NCBI GenBank assembly: GCA_965203515.1
Contig: OZ241907.1
Location: 896,001 to 960,000 of the forward strand
Length of the DNA: 64,000 nt
Reading direction: 5' to 3'
From: Spirochaetia bacterium
Lineage (GTDB): Bacteria > Spirochaetota > Spirochaetia > SZUA-6 > Bin103
Below, piece by piece: positions 12,116 to 22,539 of this stretch (position 1 is the first letter of the stretch; each line of letters starts with the position of its first letter). The position numbers were made by a program, and so were the translations under genes. The notes beneath the pieces were generated by a model. It searched no databases and was not told the DNA's origin. It saw only the letters and a program-made list of their open reading frames with translations.

Positions 12116-13288
12116 ATGAGCATGGCCAGGACGAGCGTTGCGAAGCCGGCGGCGCGCGGCGGCGCGCTCCGCCGCTATCTGAACGCCCCGGAAGGGATAC
12201 CCGCGGGCATCCTGATCCTGCTGCTCTCGCTCTTCGGCGTCCTCTCCATCCCGGGCGTCGTCCAGGGCTTCTACTTCCTGTTCGACGTGCGGGGCAGCTT
12301 CAGCCTGCGCACCGCCGTCAGCATCCTGAACGGGTCGGTGCTGACCGGGATCATCGTGCTGACCGTGGTGATGTTGATGATCAACGGCGAGTTCGATCTG
12401 TCGGTGGGGGCGATCCTGGCGATGGGCGGCTACATCTTCGGCACCTTGTCGGTGGGGGACACCACGCTGTTCAGCCTGGTGGAGATCGGCGCGCCGCTCC
12501 CGCCGCTGCTGGCGCTGGTCATCGCGCTCGCCGGCTGCGCGGCGCTCGGCGCCGTGAACGGCTTGATCGTCACCACGGCGCGCATCCCGTCGTTCATCGC
12601 CACGCTGGGGACGCTGTTCATCTTCCTGTGGCTGGTGTCGCTCTACTCCGGCAACCAGTCGTTCGAGGCGACCCGCGAAGAGATGCAGCGGGCCTCCCTG
12701 TACCTGCTGGTGAGCGGGCGCCTGCGCGACTTCATCGACGGCATCTCCGGGCCGCTCGGCAACCTGCGGGTGTCGGTGTTCTGGATGGTCGCCCTGGCGC
12801 TGGTGATGCAGGTGGTGTTGACGCGCACCCGATTCGGCAACCAGATCTTCGCGGTCGGGGGCAACGTGCAGGCCGCCAAGGCGCAGGGCATCAACGTGCG
12901 GAGGATCAAGATCTCCGGGTTCGCGTTGACCGGGACGTTCGCCGGGATCGCCGGCGTGGTGCTGTTCAGCCAGTTCGGGCGCGTGCAGGGCAACTCCGGC
13001 ATGCAGCAGGAGCTGTTCGCGATCGCCGCCGCCGTGGTCGGCGGCACGCTGCTGACCGGAGGCTACGGCAGCGTGATCGGCGGCCTGGTCGGCATCCTGA
13101 CGATCTCCACGCTCCGTTCCGGGGTGGTGCTGCTCTCCACGCCGATACAGAACTCCTTCATCGGCGAGATTCCCGTGATCGGCATCTATCTGGTGCGCCT
13201 GACCGCGTCCGACAACTTCCTCACCATCGTCGGCCTGACCATCGTCGGGGCGGCGGTCCTCAACTCGTTCATCCGCAGGCGCCTGTAG
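12116..13288 (+). CDS. sugar ABC transporter permease
   Basis: GEFDLSVG, IPSFIATLG, AVGGN motifs. Confidence 0.9.
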   Translation: MSMARTSVAKPAARGGALRRYLNAPEGIPAGILILLLSLFGVLSIPGVVQGFYFLFDVRGSFSLRTAVSILNGSVLTGIIVLTVVMLMINGEFDLSVGAILAMGGYIFGTLSVGDTTLFSLVEIGAPLPPLLALVIALAGCAALGAVNGLIVTTARIPSFIATLGTLFIFLWLVSLYSGNQSFEATREEMQRASLYLLVSGRLRDFIDGISGPLGNLRVSVFWMVALALVMQVVLTRTRFGNQIFAVGGNVQAAKAQGINVRRIKISGFALTGTFAGIAGVVLFSQFGRVQGNSGMQQELFAIAAAVVGGTLLTGGYGSVIGGLVGILTISTLRSGVVLLSTPIQNSFIGEIPVIGIYLVRLTASDNFLTIVGLTIVGAAVLNSFIRRRL

Positions 13289-13320
13289 GCGCCGGGCGCG
13301 GGTAACCCACGGAGGGCATC

Positions 13321-14085
13321 ATGGCACCGACATCCGATCTGACCGTGCGCATGCAGGGTATCGCCAAGCGCTTCGGCACCGTCACCGCTCTGGAAGCGGT
13401 CGACTTCGACGTGCCGGCCGGCTGCGTCACCGCGCTCCTTGGCGACAACGGCGCCGGCAAGTCGACCCTGATCAAGATCCTCACCGGCGTGTACCCGCCG
13501 AGCGAAGGAACGATCTACTTTCAGGGCAGGGAGGTGAGCATCGGCTCGCCGCGGGACGCGCGGGCGCTGGGGATCGAGACCGTCTACCAGGACCTGGCGC
13601 TCGTACCGTTGCTGAGCGTTGCGCGCAACTTCTTTCTGGGCAGAGAGCTGACGCGCGCAGTCTGCCTGCTCGACCTGCGCCGGATGGAGGAGCGGACGCG
13701 GCGGGCGCTCGGCGAGCTGGGCATCGAAAAGTTCTCCGAGGCCGGCAATCGCTCGGTCTCCGAGCCGGTCGGCAAGCTGTCCGGCGGCGAGCGGCAATCG
13801 GTCGCGATCGGCCGCGCCGTCCACTTCGGCGCGTCGCTGTTGATCCTGGACGAGCCGACCTCCGCGCTGTCGGTGGCCGAGACCGAGAAGGTGCTGAGCT
13901 ACACCCAGATCGCCAAGGAGCGCGGACTGGGCGTGATCTTCATCAGCCACAACATCCACCACGTCTATCTGGTCTCCGACCGCTACACGATCCTGCGCCA
14001 CGGCGGCAAGGTGGGCGACTACGCGAAGGGCGACCTGACCGAACAGGAGATCGCCGACATCATCACCGGCGAACGGGAGCGCTGA
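13321..14085 (+). CDS. sugar ABC transporter ATP-binding protein
   Basis: GDNGAGKST, LSGGERQ, ILDEPT. Confidence 0.92.
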   Translation: MAPTSDLTVRMQGIAKRFGTVTALEAVDFDVPAGCVTALLGDNGAGKSTLIKILTGVYPPSEGTIYFQGREVSIGSPRDARALGIETVYQDLALVPLLSVARNFFLGRELTRAVCLLDLRRMEERTRRALGELGIEKFSEAGNRSVSEPVGKLSGGERQSVAIGRAVHFGASLLILDEPTSALSVAETEKVLSYTQIAKERGLGVIFISHNIHHVYLVSDRYTILRHGGKVGDYAKGDLTEQEIADIITGERER

Positions 14086-14103
14086 GCCGGCCCGGCTCCG
14101 GCG

Positions 14104-14949
14104 CTACGCCAGTCCGGTCCAGGCCGCGCTCCGCTCCCAGAGCTCGCGCGCCAGGGCGCGGTCGTCCGCCTGCCGGTGGGGCCGGCGTTCCGTGTCGACG
14201 CGGAAGTAGCGGCCGGAGACCGGCGCCGCTGCCGACCGCTCGATCAGCGCCAGCACCGCCGCGCCGCCGGTTTCGGGGCCACGCATGAACGCCGTCAGCG
14301 CCCGCAGGGTCATGCCGACCACGCCGTGGTGCTGATTCCAGATGCCGGTGGCCAGTATGCCGGGGTGCAGGGCGTTGGCGGCGATGCCCAACCCCTGCCA
14401 GCGCCGCGCGGACTCCACCGTGAACAGGACGTTGGCCAGCTTGGAATCGCTGTACGCCCGGAAGCCTCCCCGCCACGCGCCGCCGCTGGCGATAGCCGCC
14501 AGCGGCGCCCGGCGCAGATCGCCGAACCGGTGAGCGGTCGAGCTGACGTTGACGATCCGGCCGCCCCGCAGGCGGTCCAGCAGCAGGTGGGTCAACAGGA
14601 AGTGGCCCAGATGGTTGGTGGCGAAGGTGCGCTCGAATCCCTCGACCGTGGTCTCCAGCCGGTCGCGCGATATGCCGGCGTTGTTCACCAGGATGTCGAT
14701 CCGGTCCAGCCGGCCGCGGAGGCGGGAGGCGAGCGCGCGAACCGCATCAGGGCACGCCAGGTCGGCCAGCTCCAGCGCGGCGGCGGCCGGGTACGATCGT
14801 TCCAGTTCGTGCAGGGCGCGTTCGCCGCGGGCGCGGTCACGGCACACCAGCGTGACGCCGGCTCCGGCTGCGGCCAGCAGCGCCGCGGCCGATCTGCCGA
14901 CCCCGGAGCTGGCGCCGGTGACGATCGCGGCGCGTCCGGTCAGGTCCAC
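14104..14949 (-). CDS. short-chain dehydrogenase/reductase (retinol-DH-like)
   Basis: TGASSGVG, NNAG, NHLGHF, YSDSK. Confidence 0.9.
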   Translation of the reverse strand: MDLTGRAAIVTGASSGVGRSAAALLAAAGAGVTLVCRDRARGERALHELERSYPAAAALELADLACPDAVRALASRLRGRLDRIDILVNNAGISRDRLETTVEGFERTFATNHLGHFLLTHLLLDRLRGGRIVNVSSTAHRFGDLRRAPLAAIASGGAWRGGFRAYSDSKLANVLFTVESARRWQGLGIAANALHPGILATGIWNQHHGVVGMTLRALTAFMRGPETGGAAVLALIERSAAAPVSGRYFRVDTERRPHRQADDRALARELWERSAAWTGLA

Positions 14950-15060
14950 GGCGCGTCAGTCTGCGCGTTGCCCGCCGGCTCGCCAAGCGCCGCGGGAGCC
15001 GGACGCCTTTTGGGTCGCTTGACTTTCCGGCCGGGTCCGATGTTCCATCGCCCACGTCTC

Positions 15061-17259
15061 ATGTGGCGCTGCATCCGGCACGCTCGCCGCCGCGCGCGCG
15101 CCGCCGCGGCGCCGCTGGTCCCGGGGGCCGCGTTGTTCCTGGGGGCGGCGCTGCTGCTCCTGCCGCAGGCCGCGCTGGCCAGGGTAACCGACGATACCAT
15201 CGTGCTCGGCGCCGCCGTATCGCTGACCGGCCGGTATACCACCGCCGGCAATCACACGCGCAAGGGCTACGACCTGGCGGTCCGGATGATCAATGACCGG
15301 GGCGGGGTGCGCGTTGCCGGCAAGTCGTATCGATTGGAGATCCTCTACTACGACGACGAGTCGACGCCGGCGCGCGGCGCTCAGTTGGCCGAGCGGCTGA
15401 TCCGGCAGGACGGCGTCACGTTCATGCTGGGTCCCTACAGCTCCGGATTGACCACCGCCATCGCGCCGATCACGGAGCAGCACCGCGTGCCGATGGTCGA
15501 AGGCAACGGCGCGTCGCGAACGCTGTTCAACAAGGGGTACCGCTATCTGTTCGCGGTGCTCTCCACCTCGGAGCAATACCTCCAGGAGGCGATCAACCTG
15601 GCGGCCGAACAGGCGGATGCCCGCGGGCAGGATCCGGCAACGCTCCGCATCGCCATCGCGACGGAGAACGATCCGTTTTCGCAGGACATCCGCGCCGGCG
15701 TGATCGACGCCGCCGACCGTTACGGCATGCGCGTGGTGATCGACGACAAGCTGCCGCGCGAGCTCAACGACATGACGGCGACGCTGATCAAGGTCAAGGC
15801 GGCCCGCCCGGACGTGCTGCTGGTATCGGGCCACTCGAAGGGCGCGGCGCTGCTGGTGCGGCAGGCCGAGGAGCTGCGGGCGACCGCGCCGATCGTGGGC
15901 CTCACGCACTGCGAGTCGGCCAACGTCATCGATCGGGAGCGGTTCGGCGACGCCGCCGACAGCATGCTGTGCGCGGCCCAGTGGGCGCCGACGCTGTCCT
16001 ATCGCGATGACCTGTTCGGCAGCGCCGCCGACTATGCCGAGCTGTTCGAGGCGGAATACGACTACGCGCCGCCGTATCAGGCGGCGCAGGCGTCGGCCTC
16101 CGTCATGGTGTGGGCCGACGCCCTGCAGCGCGCCGGATCGTTCGACACGGAGACGGTGCGCGACGCCCTGGCCGCGACCGACATGCAGTCGTTCTACGGC
16201 AACATCCGCTTCGACGACACCGGCAAGAACATCGCCAAGCCGATGGTGCTGTTCCAGATTCAGGACGGAGCCTACCGGGTGGTGGCGCCGTCCGCGTGGG
16301 CTTCCCACCAACTGGTGTTCCCCCGTCCGGACTCGCAGGTGGTTCCTGCCGAAGAGGCGCCGACCGGTCCGCTGCTCCTGCAGTCGTTGCCGCTCTCCGT
16401 GCAGTTGCTCCTGGACGGGCTGCTGGTAGGCGCCATCTTCGCCCTTGCCGCCTACGGCATGGCGCTGGTGTGGGGGGTCATGAACATCATCAACGTCTCG
16501 CAGGGCGAGCTGGTCATCCTGGGCGGCTACGTCGCCTGGTGGTTCACGAAGACCTTCGACGTCCATCCTCTGCTGAGCCTTCCGGTCGCGGGGGCGGTGC
16601 TGTTCGTGGTCGGCTGGGTCCTGTACCGCACGGTGGTGTTCCGGCTCATCGACCGCGACCTGTTCGTGTCGCTGCTCGCCACGTTCGGGCTGTCGATCGT
16701 GTTGCAACAGGTGATGAATCAGGTGTTCGGCGCCGACCTGCAGAACGTCAATGCCGAGTTGGGCTCCACCTTCCTGCTGGGCGAAGGCGTCGTGCTGGCC
16801 AACGTCAAGCTGGTCGCGTTCGCGGCGGCGCTGCTGGCCGCCGCGTTGCTGGTGCTGTTCCTGCGCCGCAGCCGCGCCGGGCGCGCCATCCGGGCGACCG
16901 CCCAGAACGCGCGCGCGGCGCGGCTGGTCGGCGTGCGGACCGATCGCGTCTACGCCCTGGCGTTCGCGCTGAACGCCGCCCTGTGCGGCGTCGCCGGGGC
17001 GCTGGTGGCGATGGTGTGGGTGATCCATCCGTTCATCGGCATCACCTACACGGTGCGGTCGTTCATGATCGTGGTGGTCGCGGGACTCGGCAACATCGCG
17101 CCGGTCGTGGCCGCTGGCGCCGCCCTGGGGGTGGCGGAGAACTTCGCGGGCTTCATACTCGGCGCGGAGTTCCAGTCGGCGTTCGTCTTCTCGCTGCTGG
17201 TGGTGATCCTGCTGGTGCGCGGCTACCTGCGCAGCCGTCGGCGTCAGGTCCTGCGATGA
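15061..17259 (+). CDS. branched-chain amino acid ABC substrate-binding protein fused to a LivH-type permease
   Basis: Signal peptide, SLTG..., DDES.P and GPYSS (SBP), then in-frame GVMNIINVSQGE and GRAIRATAQN (permease); start uncertain (15040 or 15061). Confidence 0.82.
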   Translation: MWRCIRHARRRARAAAAPLVPGAALFLGAALLLLPQAALARVTDDTIVLGAAVSLTGRYTTAGNHTRKGYDLAVRMINDRGGVRVAGKSYRLEILYYDDESTPARGAQLAERLIRQDGVTFMLGPYSSGLTTAIAPITEQHRVPMVEGNGASRTLFNKGYRYLFAVLSTSEQYLQEAINLAAEQADARGQDPATLRIAIATENDPFSQDIRAGVIDAADRYGMRVVIDDKLPRELNDMTATLIKVKAARPDVLLVSGHSKGAALLVRQAEELRATAPIVGLTHCESANVIDRERFGDAADSMLCAAQWAPTLSYRDDLFGSAADYAELFEAEYDYAPPYQAAQASASVMVWADALQRAGSFDTETVRDALAATDMQSFYGNIRFDDTGKNIAKPMVLFQIQDGAYRVVAPSAWASHQLVFPRPDSQVVPAEEAPTGPLLLQSLPLSVQLLLDGLLVGAIFALAAYGMALVWGVMNIINVSQGELVILGGYVAWWFTKTFDVHPLLSLPVAGAVLFVVGWVLYRTVVFRLIDRDLFVSLLATFGLSIVLQQVMNQVFGADLQNVNAELGSTFLLGEGVVLANVKLVAFAAALLAAALLVLFLRRSRAGRAIRATAQNARAARLVGVRTDRVYALAFALNAALCGVAGALVAMVWVIHPFIGITYTVRSFMIVVVAGLGNIAPVVAAGAALGVAENFAGFILGAEFQSAFVFSLLVVILLVRGYLRSRRRQVLR

Positions 17260-18263
17260 CGCTCAGGCGGGTGGGGCCGCTGTTGCTGGTGGCGGTCGGC
17301 ATCGCGGGACCGTTCGCGGCGCCGCAGTTCCAGTCGCAGCTCGCGGTGCTGTGGGTGCTGGTCGTGCTGGCGCTGACCTGGGACGTCGTCGGCGGCCAGA
17401 TGGGGTACAACTCGTTCGGCAACGTGCTGTTCTTCGGCGTGGGCATGTACGCCAGCGCGGTGGTCCAGCGCGCGCGCTTCTTCGACGTCGATCGACTTGC
17501 CGAGGTCGCCGGCAGCGGGCTGGAGCCGGTCCGGTACCTGGGCGGCCTGGCGCTCGGCGTGGCGGTCGCGGCGCTGGTGGCGGTGGCCCTGGCGGTACTG
17601 CTCGGCGGCAGCATCCTGCGGCTGCGCGGTCACTACTTCGCCGTCGGCACCCTGGGCGTGGGCGTCGCCGCCGGCGAGATCGTGAGCGGCATCGACTGGC
17701 TCGGCGCCGGCTCCGGCCTGGTGACGCCGCTGTTTCCGGAGGCGCTGGGCAGCCACAACCGGTTCTTCGCCTTCTACTTCCTGGTCGTGGCGGTGATCTG
17801 CTTCGTCGCGCTGCAGGTCCTGTACCGCCGCCGGTTCGGGTTGCTGCTCAACGCGATCCGCGACGACGAGGACAAGGCCGAGGCGATGGGACTGCCGACC
17901 ACCCGTTGCAAGGTGGTCGCCTGGTCGGTGGCCGCGTTCTTCCTCGCCCTGACCGGCGGCGCCTACGGCAACTTCGTCGGTTTCATCGATCCGCTCGACA
18001 CCGCGTTCTCCGGCCCCACGTTCGGGGTATGGATGGTGCTGATGGCGATCATGGGCGGGCGCGGGTCGCTGTGGGGACCGGTGCTGGGGGCGATGGTCTT
18101 TCACGTCACGCAGGAACTGTTCTGGACCTATCTGCTCGGTTGGCATCGGGTCGCCATGGGACTGCTGATCGTGGTGATCGTCATATTCCTGCCGGACGGC
18201 ATCCTGGGCTGGTTCCGGGAGCGCCGCGGCGCCGGAGCGCTCGAGGCGGGCAGGGGAGCATGA
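17256..18263 (+). CDS. branched-chain amino acid ABC permease (LivM-like)
   Basis: GYNSFG, RLRGHYFAVGTL, AIRDDE..AEAMG, GG.GS.WGP; ATGA overlap with the upstream gene. Confidence 0.88.
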   Translation: MTLRRVGPLLLVAVGIAGPFAAPQFQSQLAVLWVLVVLALTWDVVGGQMGYNSFGNVLFFGVGMYASAVVQRARFFDVDRLAEVAGSGLEPVRYLGGLALGVAVAALVAVALAVLLGGSILRLRGHYFAVGTLGVGVAAGEIVSGIDWLGAGSGLVTPLFPEALGSHNRFFAFYFLVVAVICFVALQVLYRRRFGLLLNAIRDDEDKAEAMGLPTTRCKVVAWSVAAFFLALTGGAYGNFVGFIDPLDTAFSGPTFGVWMVLMAIMGGRGSLWGPVLGAMVFHVTQELFWTYLLGWHRVAMGLLIVVIVIFLPDGILGWFRERRGAGALEAGRGA

Positions 18264-19003
18264 GCGCCCTGCTGCAGGTCGACGGCGTCAGCAAGTCGTT
18301 CGGCGGCGTGCAGGCCAACCGGGACGTCACCATCGGCGTCGAGGCCGGCGCCGTGAACGGCCTGATCGGGCCGAACGGCTCCGGCAAGACCACGCTGTTC
18401 AACTGCATCGTCGGCTTTCACCCCGTCGACCGCGGGGCGGTGACGTTCGACGGCACCCGCGTGGAGCGGATGACGGTGCCGGGGATCGCCCGGCTCGGCC
18501 TGCTGCGCACCTTTCAGCAGACCCGCGTGTACGGGGGCATGAGCTGTATGGAAAACATGCAGGTGTCGGCCGCGCCGGGCGCCGGCGGCGGCGGACGGCT
18601 GTTGCGCCGGATTGCGCCGGCCGTCACCGAACGGGCCGGCGCGCTGCTGGAGTTCGCCGGCCTCTACGCGCTGCGGTATCACCGCGCCGGCAACCTGTCG
18701 TTCGGCCAGCAGAAGCTGCTGGAGTTCGCGATGGCGCTGATGCGCGCTCCCCGGATGCTGCTGCTGGACGAGCCGACCGCGGGCATCAATCCCACGCTGA
18801 TCAACGGCATGATCGACCGGCTGCTCAGGGCCAACGCGGAGATGGGCGTGACGCTGCTGATCATCGAGCACAACATGCGGGTCATCATGAACCTTGCAAC
18901 GCACATCTACTGCCTGGCCCACGGCGGCCTGCTGGCGTCCGGGACGCCCGAGCAGGTCCGCAACGACCCGCGCGTCCTGGACGCGTATCTCCGCGCGCAA
19001 TGA
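18260..19003 (+). CDS. branched-chain amino acid ABC ATP-binding protein (LivG-like)
   Basis: GPNGSGKTT, LSFGQQK, LLDEP, IEHNM. Confidence 0.9.
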   Translation: MSALLQVDGVSKSFGGVQANRDVTIGVEAGAVNGLIGPNGSGKTTLFNCIVGFHPVDRGAVTFDGTRVERMTVPGIARLGLLRTFQQTRVYGGMSCMENMQVSAAPGAGGGGRLLRRIAPAVTERAGALLEFAGLYALRYHRAGNLSFGQQKLLEFAMALMRAPRMLLLDEPTAGINPTLINGMIDRLLRANAEMGVTLLIIEHNMRVIMNLATHIYCLAHGGLLASGTPEQVRNDPRVLDAYLRAQ

Positions 19004-19869
19004 CGGACACCGGGGCGAAGTCCGGCGGCGTTTCCGGCTACGGCAAGGGGGAGACGGGCGCCGCGCTGTCGGTGGACCAGGTGGTGCGCGAGAGCGCGTC
19101 GCTGATCGAGCGGGGAGTTCCGCCGGAGACGCTGGACCAGCTCGCCGGCGGCGACGACTTCATCCGCGTCCGGGGGCTGGTGGCCGGGTACGGCCGGATG
19201 GAGATACTGCACGGCGTCGACCTGCAGGTCGGACGCGGGCAGTCGCTCTGCCTGATCGGACCGAACGGCGCCGGCAAGTCGACGGTGCTCCATTCGCTGT
19301 ACGGCCTGACCACGATCACGGGCGGCGCCATCAGCAAGGAGGGCCGCGACATCACGCGCATGCGCTCCACGGACAAGCTCAGGGCGGCCGGCATCGCCTA
19401 CATCCTGCAGGACAACTCGGTGTTCCCGGACATGACGGTGGAGGAAAACCTGCAGATGGGCGCCTATCTGATGAGCGACCGGGCCGCCGTGCGGGCCGCG
19501 GTGGGCGGCGTGCTCGACAAGTACCCGCGCCTCGCCGCGCGCCGCGCGCAGCCGGCGCGCGTGTTGTCGGGCGGCGAACGCCGCCTGCTGGAGATTTCGC
19601 GCGCCCTGGTCATGGACCCGGACGTGCTGCTGGTCGACGAGCCGTCGATCGGTCTGGAACCGCGCTTCATCGACCTGGTGTTCGAGTTGCTGGTCGATCT
19701 GCGCGACAACGACCGCAAGACGATCATCATGGTCGAGCAGAACGCCCGCAAGGGGCTGGCGTTCGCGGACATCGGCTACGTGCTGGTGTCAGGCGAGCTG
19801 GCCCTGGCCGCCCGCGGCGACGACCTGCTGCAGGACGAGCGGGTAGGCCGGCTGTTTCTGGGCGGCTAG
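19000..19869 (+). CDS. branched-chain amino acid ABC ATP-binding protein (LivF-like)
   Basis: GPNGAGKST, LSGGERR, DEPSIGL, VEQN. Confidence 0.9.
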   Translation: MTDTGAKSGGVSGYGKGETGAALSVDQVVRESASLIERGVPPETLDQLAGGDDFIRVRGLVAGYGRMEILHGVDLQVGRGQSLCLIGPNGAGKSTVLHSLYGLTTITGGAISKEGRDITRMRSTDKLRAAGIAYILQDNSVFPDMTVEENLQMGAYLMSDRAAVRAAVGGVLDKYPRLAARRAQPARVLSGGERRLLEISRALVMDPDVLLVDEPSIGLEPRFIDLVFELLVDLRDNDRKTIIMVEQNARKGLAFADIGYVLVSGELALAARGDDLLQDERVGRLFLGG

Positions 19870-19938
19870 ACCCAGGGGTTGGCCGCGCCGAGCGTCGATG
19901 GTGGCGGCAGCGCGAGTAGCGGGGTATACTGTCGGCAC

Positions 19939-20530
19939 GTGAGCAAGCCAAACGGTCGCGAGTCCATCAGATTGGCGGTTACCGACTTCGGTCCGATCGC
20001 GAGGGCGGAAGTCGATCTGCGCCCACTGACCGTCTTCATCGGTCCGAGCAACACCGGCAAGTCCTACCTGGCAATCCTCATCTATGCGCTGCATTTCTTG
20101 TTTTCTATCGATGTTTTTCGCTCTCGTATTTTCGGAAGCATATCACGCTGGCGAGGCCAACACCGACTGAGGACTCAATGAAACGACTGGCCGAGTGGAT
20201 GAACGATACGTTGTCCGACTCCGAATATCGGGGGCGGCGGACCACTTTCGATGGCCCGTTACCGGAAGAAATCGCGTCAATGGTCCGTCCGATTCTTGAA
20301 CATGCGTCCAGGGGAACAATTCTCCGAGATGAAATAGGTCGATGCTTCGGTGTCGGAAGCAGTTCCAAGCGGCTCATCCGTAGTGGAAGCAGGAACAGTG
20401 CAAACATCGTTCTCCAAAAAGGGCGGTTTCGATTTGACACGGCTCTTACTGGCCGCAGTCGAGACTTGGGATATTTGCGCGCAATTAGTCAGATTATGGA
20501 ATCAGACAGGAGAAGAATATATGCTACTAA
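19939..20530 (+). pseudogene. AAA-family ATPase remnant (AAA_15/AAA_21-like), frameshifted and truncated
   Basis: VTDFGPIARAEVDLRPLTVFIGPSNTGKS Walker A N-terminus; stop at 20181, possible continuation in another frame; lower GC; cut by rpn. Confidence 0.65.
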
Positions 20531-20778
20531 TTTGGTCGCGGCGCGGCCTGCTCCGTCCCGTGGAATGTGTCGCGTTTGAGGGTGCGGTAGGTCTGCTCAT
20601 CGATGCCGGTGGCGGATTGGATCACCGGCCACCCGACCCCGGCCCGGAGGAACCCGTCGATGGTCACCAGCCGGCCCCGCAACTCGCCCTCCTGCCGGCC
20701 TTCCTGTCGGCCTTTCAACTCGCCTTCCTGTCGGCCCCGCAACTCGCCTTCCCGGCGCAGCATCTCGCCACAGGTCAT
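20527..20778 (-). CDS. putative internal RpnS-like small protein (in frame within copy B)
   Basis: GAGGTGAT SD-like sequence directly upstream of in-frame ATG (MTCGEMLRREG...). Confidence 0.55.
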   Translation of the reverse strand: MTCGEMLRREGELRGRQEGELKGRQEGRQEGELRGRLVTIDGFLRAGVGWPVIQSATGIDEQTYRTLKRDTFHGTEQAAPRPN

Positions 20779-21522
20779 CAGATCACCTCTCAGTTCCGGC
20801 GCCATGCGCGGCATCAGCTCATCCAGCGTATCCGTCGGCCCGGTCTTCACAATGTACTCCATGAACGCCCGGTAGTAATCCACCCCGCCGCCCGCCGACT
20901 CCCGTCTCAACTCCTCCAGCAGCGGCGCGATCCGCTCCCGCGCCTCCCTCGGCGCCTGCTCGAAGGTGTGCATCATCGCCAGTTGGAGCAGCCGCCCGCG
21001 CAGCGCTCCGGCCACGGCCGCCGGCGCCACCTGGGTCTGGTCCAACAGCAGGTGGCGGAAGCGCGGCACCCAGGGCTGGCCGCGCAGCGCCGGCGGGAAG
21101 GACTCCGCCAGTTCGGTGGCGTAGCGCCAGCGGCGCTTGCCCTGGTAGAACACCAGCGGCAGCACCGGGCGCAGGAACCGCTCGTTGGGGTGGGCGCGGC
21201 GTCCGGCCTCCCAGATGCGGCAGCAGTAGCGCAGCAGGCGCAGCGCGATCCAGCGGTCGGGGCGGGACTGATGTTCGAACAGCAGGTAGAGCCACTGCGG
21301 TGGCGCGGCGGCGGCGGTGCGGACCTCGAACAGCAGGTCGGAGACGGAGCCGCGCAGTTGCTGGTCGACGAAGGAGCCTGGGGAGCGGCGCAGGGAGGAC
21401 CAGAGGAAGCGGCGCCGGAGGGAGTCGGGCAGGCGGGCGCGGAGGAAGGCGGCGGTCTCCTCGGAGTCGGCGAACACCAGACGGAACAGGTGATCGTGGG
21501 GCTGACGCAGGGGCGGTGCCAT
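20527..21522 (-). CDS. Rpn family recombination-promoting nuclease/putative transposase (YhgA-like), full copy B
   Basis: PHDHLFR, SFVD..LR...SDLLF, LFEHQS, PLVFYQG and C-terminal EGRQEG repeats. Confidence 0.9.
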   Translation of the reverse strand: MAPPLRQPHDHLFRLVFADSEETAAFLRARLPDSLRRRFLWSSLRRSPGSFVDQQLRGSVSDLLFEVRTAAAAPPQWLYLLFEHQSRPDRWIALRLLRYCCRIWEAGRRAHPNERFLRPVLPLVFYQGKRRWRYATELAESFPPALRGQPWVPRFRHLLLDQTQVAPAAVAGALRGRLLQLAMMHTFEQAPREARERIAPLLEELRRESAGGGVDYYRAFMEYIVKTGPTDTLDELMPRMAPELRGDLMTCGEMLRREGELRGRQEGELKGRQEGRQEGELRGRLVTIDGFLRAGVGWPVIQSATGIDEQTYRTLKRDTFHGTEQAAPRPN

Positions 21523-21628
21523 CACGCATTGACATCGACGCGGCGTCAGCGGCGCTTTTCGGTGCGTGGCGACGGCGAGCCGTGCGCGGCGGAGGAGCGC
21601 TGGTCGCGACTGGATCATCCCGGCGCAG

Positions 21629-21972
21629 TGCGGCGGCCAGCCCCGGACCGTGCCGGGGGATGTCCTCCAGCATCACCTTGAGGATCAGGCACGCGACCGG
21701 GTTCAGGTCGCTGGCGAACGCCTCGAGCCGAGGCGCACGCCTCCAGCGGGATCGAGCCGCCGCCGGCGAACGGATCGACCACCAAGGGGGCATCCTCGCC
21801 ATGCGCGGCCCGCACCAGTTCGCGGCCGACGTGCAGGTAGGTCGGGTGCGCCGCCAGTCCCAGTTGGCGAACGCGCCGACGAACCGGAGCAGCGCCGCGC
21901 GTAGCTCGGCGTCGTCCGCCGCGGCTGCCGCACCGCGCTCAGGATGGCGGGCGCCTGCCGCTTGAAGTACCC
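21629..21972 (-). pseudogene. internal fragment of a DUF1156-type adenine DNA methylase, frameshifted
   Basis: FKRQA, ELRAALLRFVGAFANWD, VVDPFAGGGSIPLEA and ASDLNPVACLILKVMLEDIPRHG spread over shifted frames. Confidence 0.75.
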
Positions 21973-22069
21973 CGGCGGCAGGGAAGCGGCGTCCATTGCG
22001 CACGCGCCCGCGAAACCGGAGGCCCTTGCGTGCGGAACGCGGCGGTGGACGAGCCCGGAACGGCAGGGG
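21973..22069 (-). repeat. 97-nt element downstream of rpn stop (identical to 22540-22636)
   Basis: Direct comparison; internal complementary arms CGTCCA/TGGACG and CGCACGC/GCGTGCG. Confidence 0.85.
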
Positions 22070-22430
22070 TCAACGCGGCGCGGCTTGGTCCGGCCCGTGG
22101 GAGGCGTCGCGTTTGAGGGTGAGGTAGGTCTGCTCATCGATGCCGGTGGCGGATTGGATCACCGGCCACCCGACCCCGGCCCGGAGGAACCCGTCGATGG
22201 TCTCCAGCCGGCCCCGCAACTCGCCTTCCCGGCGCAGCACCTCGCCACAGGTCATCAGATCACCTCTCAGTTCCGGCGCCATGCGCGGCATCAGCTCATC
22301 CAGCGTGTCCGCCGGCCCGGTCTTCACAATGTACTCCATGAACGCCCGGTAGTAATCCATCCCGCCGCCCGCCGGCTCCCGTCTCAACTCCTCCAGCAGC
22401 GGCGCGATCCGCTCCCGCGTGTCCCGCGAC
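22070..22430 (-). pseudogene. 5'-truncated rpn copy retaining a putative RpnS ORF (22070-22255)
   Basis: Near-identical to the 3' third of the full rpn copies; internal SD and ATG intact. Confidence 0.8.
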
Positions 22431-22539
22431 AATCAAGATGAGAATGCGCGGGTAGGGCGGCTGCATCCGACAGAGGATGGAGGGGCCTCCGGTGGCAGCG
22501 GGAAGGCGTAGCCCGACCGTAGTCACCGGCGCGCCGGAG

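Noticed and set aside
16110..19003. Long ORF-track products (717 aa, 550 aa) as extra fusions
   Set aside because: The N-terminal parts are off-frame overlaps of upstream genes; real starts are the ATGA-coupled ATGs at 17256 and 18260.
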